Below are positions 62,471 through 64,000 of a stretch of DNA of 64,000 nucleotides, piece by piece. The stretch's first letter is position 1, and each line of letters begins with the position of its first letter. Below the pieces are notes generated by a model. That model saw nothing but the letters and a program-made list of their open reading frames with translations. It did no database searches and had not been told where the DNA came from. A program made the position numbers and the translations under genes. The stretch covers positions 13,888,001 through 13,952,000 of the forward strand of contig OZ024746.1 in NCBI GenBank assembly GCA_964016885.1. The letters run 5' to 3'. The DNA comes from Eledone cirrhosa. Lineage: Eukaryota.

Positions 62471-64000
62471 TATATATATATATATATAAGTACATTTTCA
62501 TCCATCCACTAGATTCGTAGAAAATAGAATATGAAAAAAGAGGAGAAAACATAAAGAGCAGTGTTTCCCAAGAGATGATAATAGACGAGAAGAGAAAATT
62601 GAGAAATAGCAGACAAGCCGTTGAAGAGATGTGTAAGACATTGGACATAGTAGTAAGGAAACGTTGATGAGGCGATAACGAAAAGTGGGTAGAAGGTTAG
62701 GCAACAACCGCAGTTCTGCTGCAAGAAATTAGAAAAACGGTAAATAGAATTTTCGAAGCAGCTGTCAGGATATGGAAACGTGGAAGGGGGTGCCTGTAAA
62801 AGTAAGAATGAAGTAGACACATAATACAAAAACAAGTTTTTACATGTGATTATATATTAGAGCAGCTTAATATCTGTTAATGGAAGGAATCCCTTATCAC
62901 CCCACCCTCGTATGAAATGATCTTAGTTGTTTAACGGTTGTTTTTATGCTCAAAAGAAGATCGTCTCTAGGGCTGTAATGTTTTAGTGAAATATACACGC
63001 AATCTTTATTGCATGTTTTCAAGGATTTCATGTGCAGCGAAGTATAGTTAAATATGCTAAAATTATAATGATTTATTAGCAGATTATATAATAAGCAGGT
63101 GCTAAGTGTCTAGGAATGTCCGTTGGATAATGTCTGTATGCAGTTAATCATAGGATTAGTTGCTGCCGATGTGCTTTCTGCTTTTTCAGTTTCCTAGGTT
63201 TAAATATTTTTCTAAGTATGGTATTGTGAACAGCTCTTTGCAATTTCAGTATTATTTGATCATTCGTGACTAATAATTTCGAAACCTTTGTAATTTCCCT
63301 CGAATATCATAAACAAAAACAAATAAATAAAAAACGTAAAAAACAACTACAAAAACAACAACAACAACAACAAAACAACAAATCCAAATAGTATAGCATT
63401 GGGTGTGTTTAAAATGCTTCGTCTTGTTCTTCTGTTAATAAAAAGTTAATAGAATAAAAACCCACCTGCAAACCACAGGATGTTTCATTAACCCTCTGAT
63501 CGGGTTTGATCAGTTTGCTATTGAATATTCATTAACACTTGCTGTTTTTAATTAAATACAGTTAAGATAGAAACCAAATGGATGCCGTTTGGATTGGGAA
63601 AATCGAACATACATAATGGAAAAGGGGAAGAATAATTAAAAGAAAACAAAACTAAACAGGTGCAAACAAGAATGTGTATTCCCTTAGAAAGAAAAAAACA
63701 AGAAACTATAGTAATATTTATGTCTCTGCTTTCTAATACTAACATACCGCTCGAATGAGATGTTAACTCTGCATGTGATTTGGATTAAATGACTAAAGTA
63801 AAATAAATTGAAAGCAAGAAGAAATAAGAGATGATTTCAGCACAAAGACATTTCTTACATGTGGGACAATAATTAAGCAATAATAATGCTTTGATTCGCT
63901 GGAAGTACTGAATCTAAACGTGAGTTTTGAATCAAAATTAGGTGTCGAAGCAATGTGATTGAATAATCTTTTTTATATTAGAAATTTCTGTCAGCAAAAA

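Overview
AT-rich, extremely microsatellite-rich eukaryotic non-coding DNA. The SINE types and the density of (TA)n, (CA)n, (GA)n and (TATG)n tracts suggest a cephalopod such as Octopus (inference). I cannot support any host protein-coding gene; almost all listed ORFs are translations of simple repeats. Recognisable content: about 15 copies of one tRNA-headed SINE, a second CORE-like SINE, RTE-clade LINE fragments (one RT fragment, four 3' ends), two RLE-type (CRE-like) non-LTR 3' fragments, a bipartite RTE-like element inserted in tandem into (TATG)n, a TTAA-flanked element with ~113-bp TIRs, and 33-, 36- and 65-bp minisatellites. The most striking signal is a set of short unique-sequence islands in or beside (TA)n tracts. 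They repeatedly form inverted (foldback) duplications and carry type I hammerhead ribozyme folds: about 10 complete, 3 degenerate and several half-motifs, many with a minimal self-complementary stem III. This looks like a diverse population of (TA)n-targeting, ribozyme-bearing Penelope-like or retrozyme-like elements. All folds were read by eye and none is tested.
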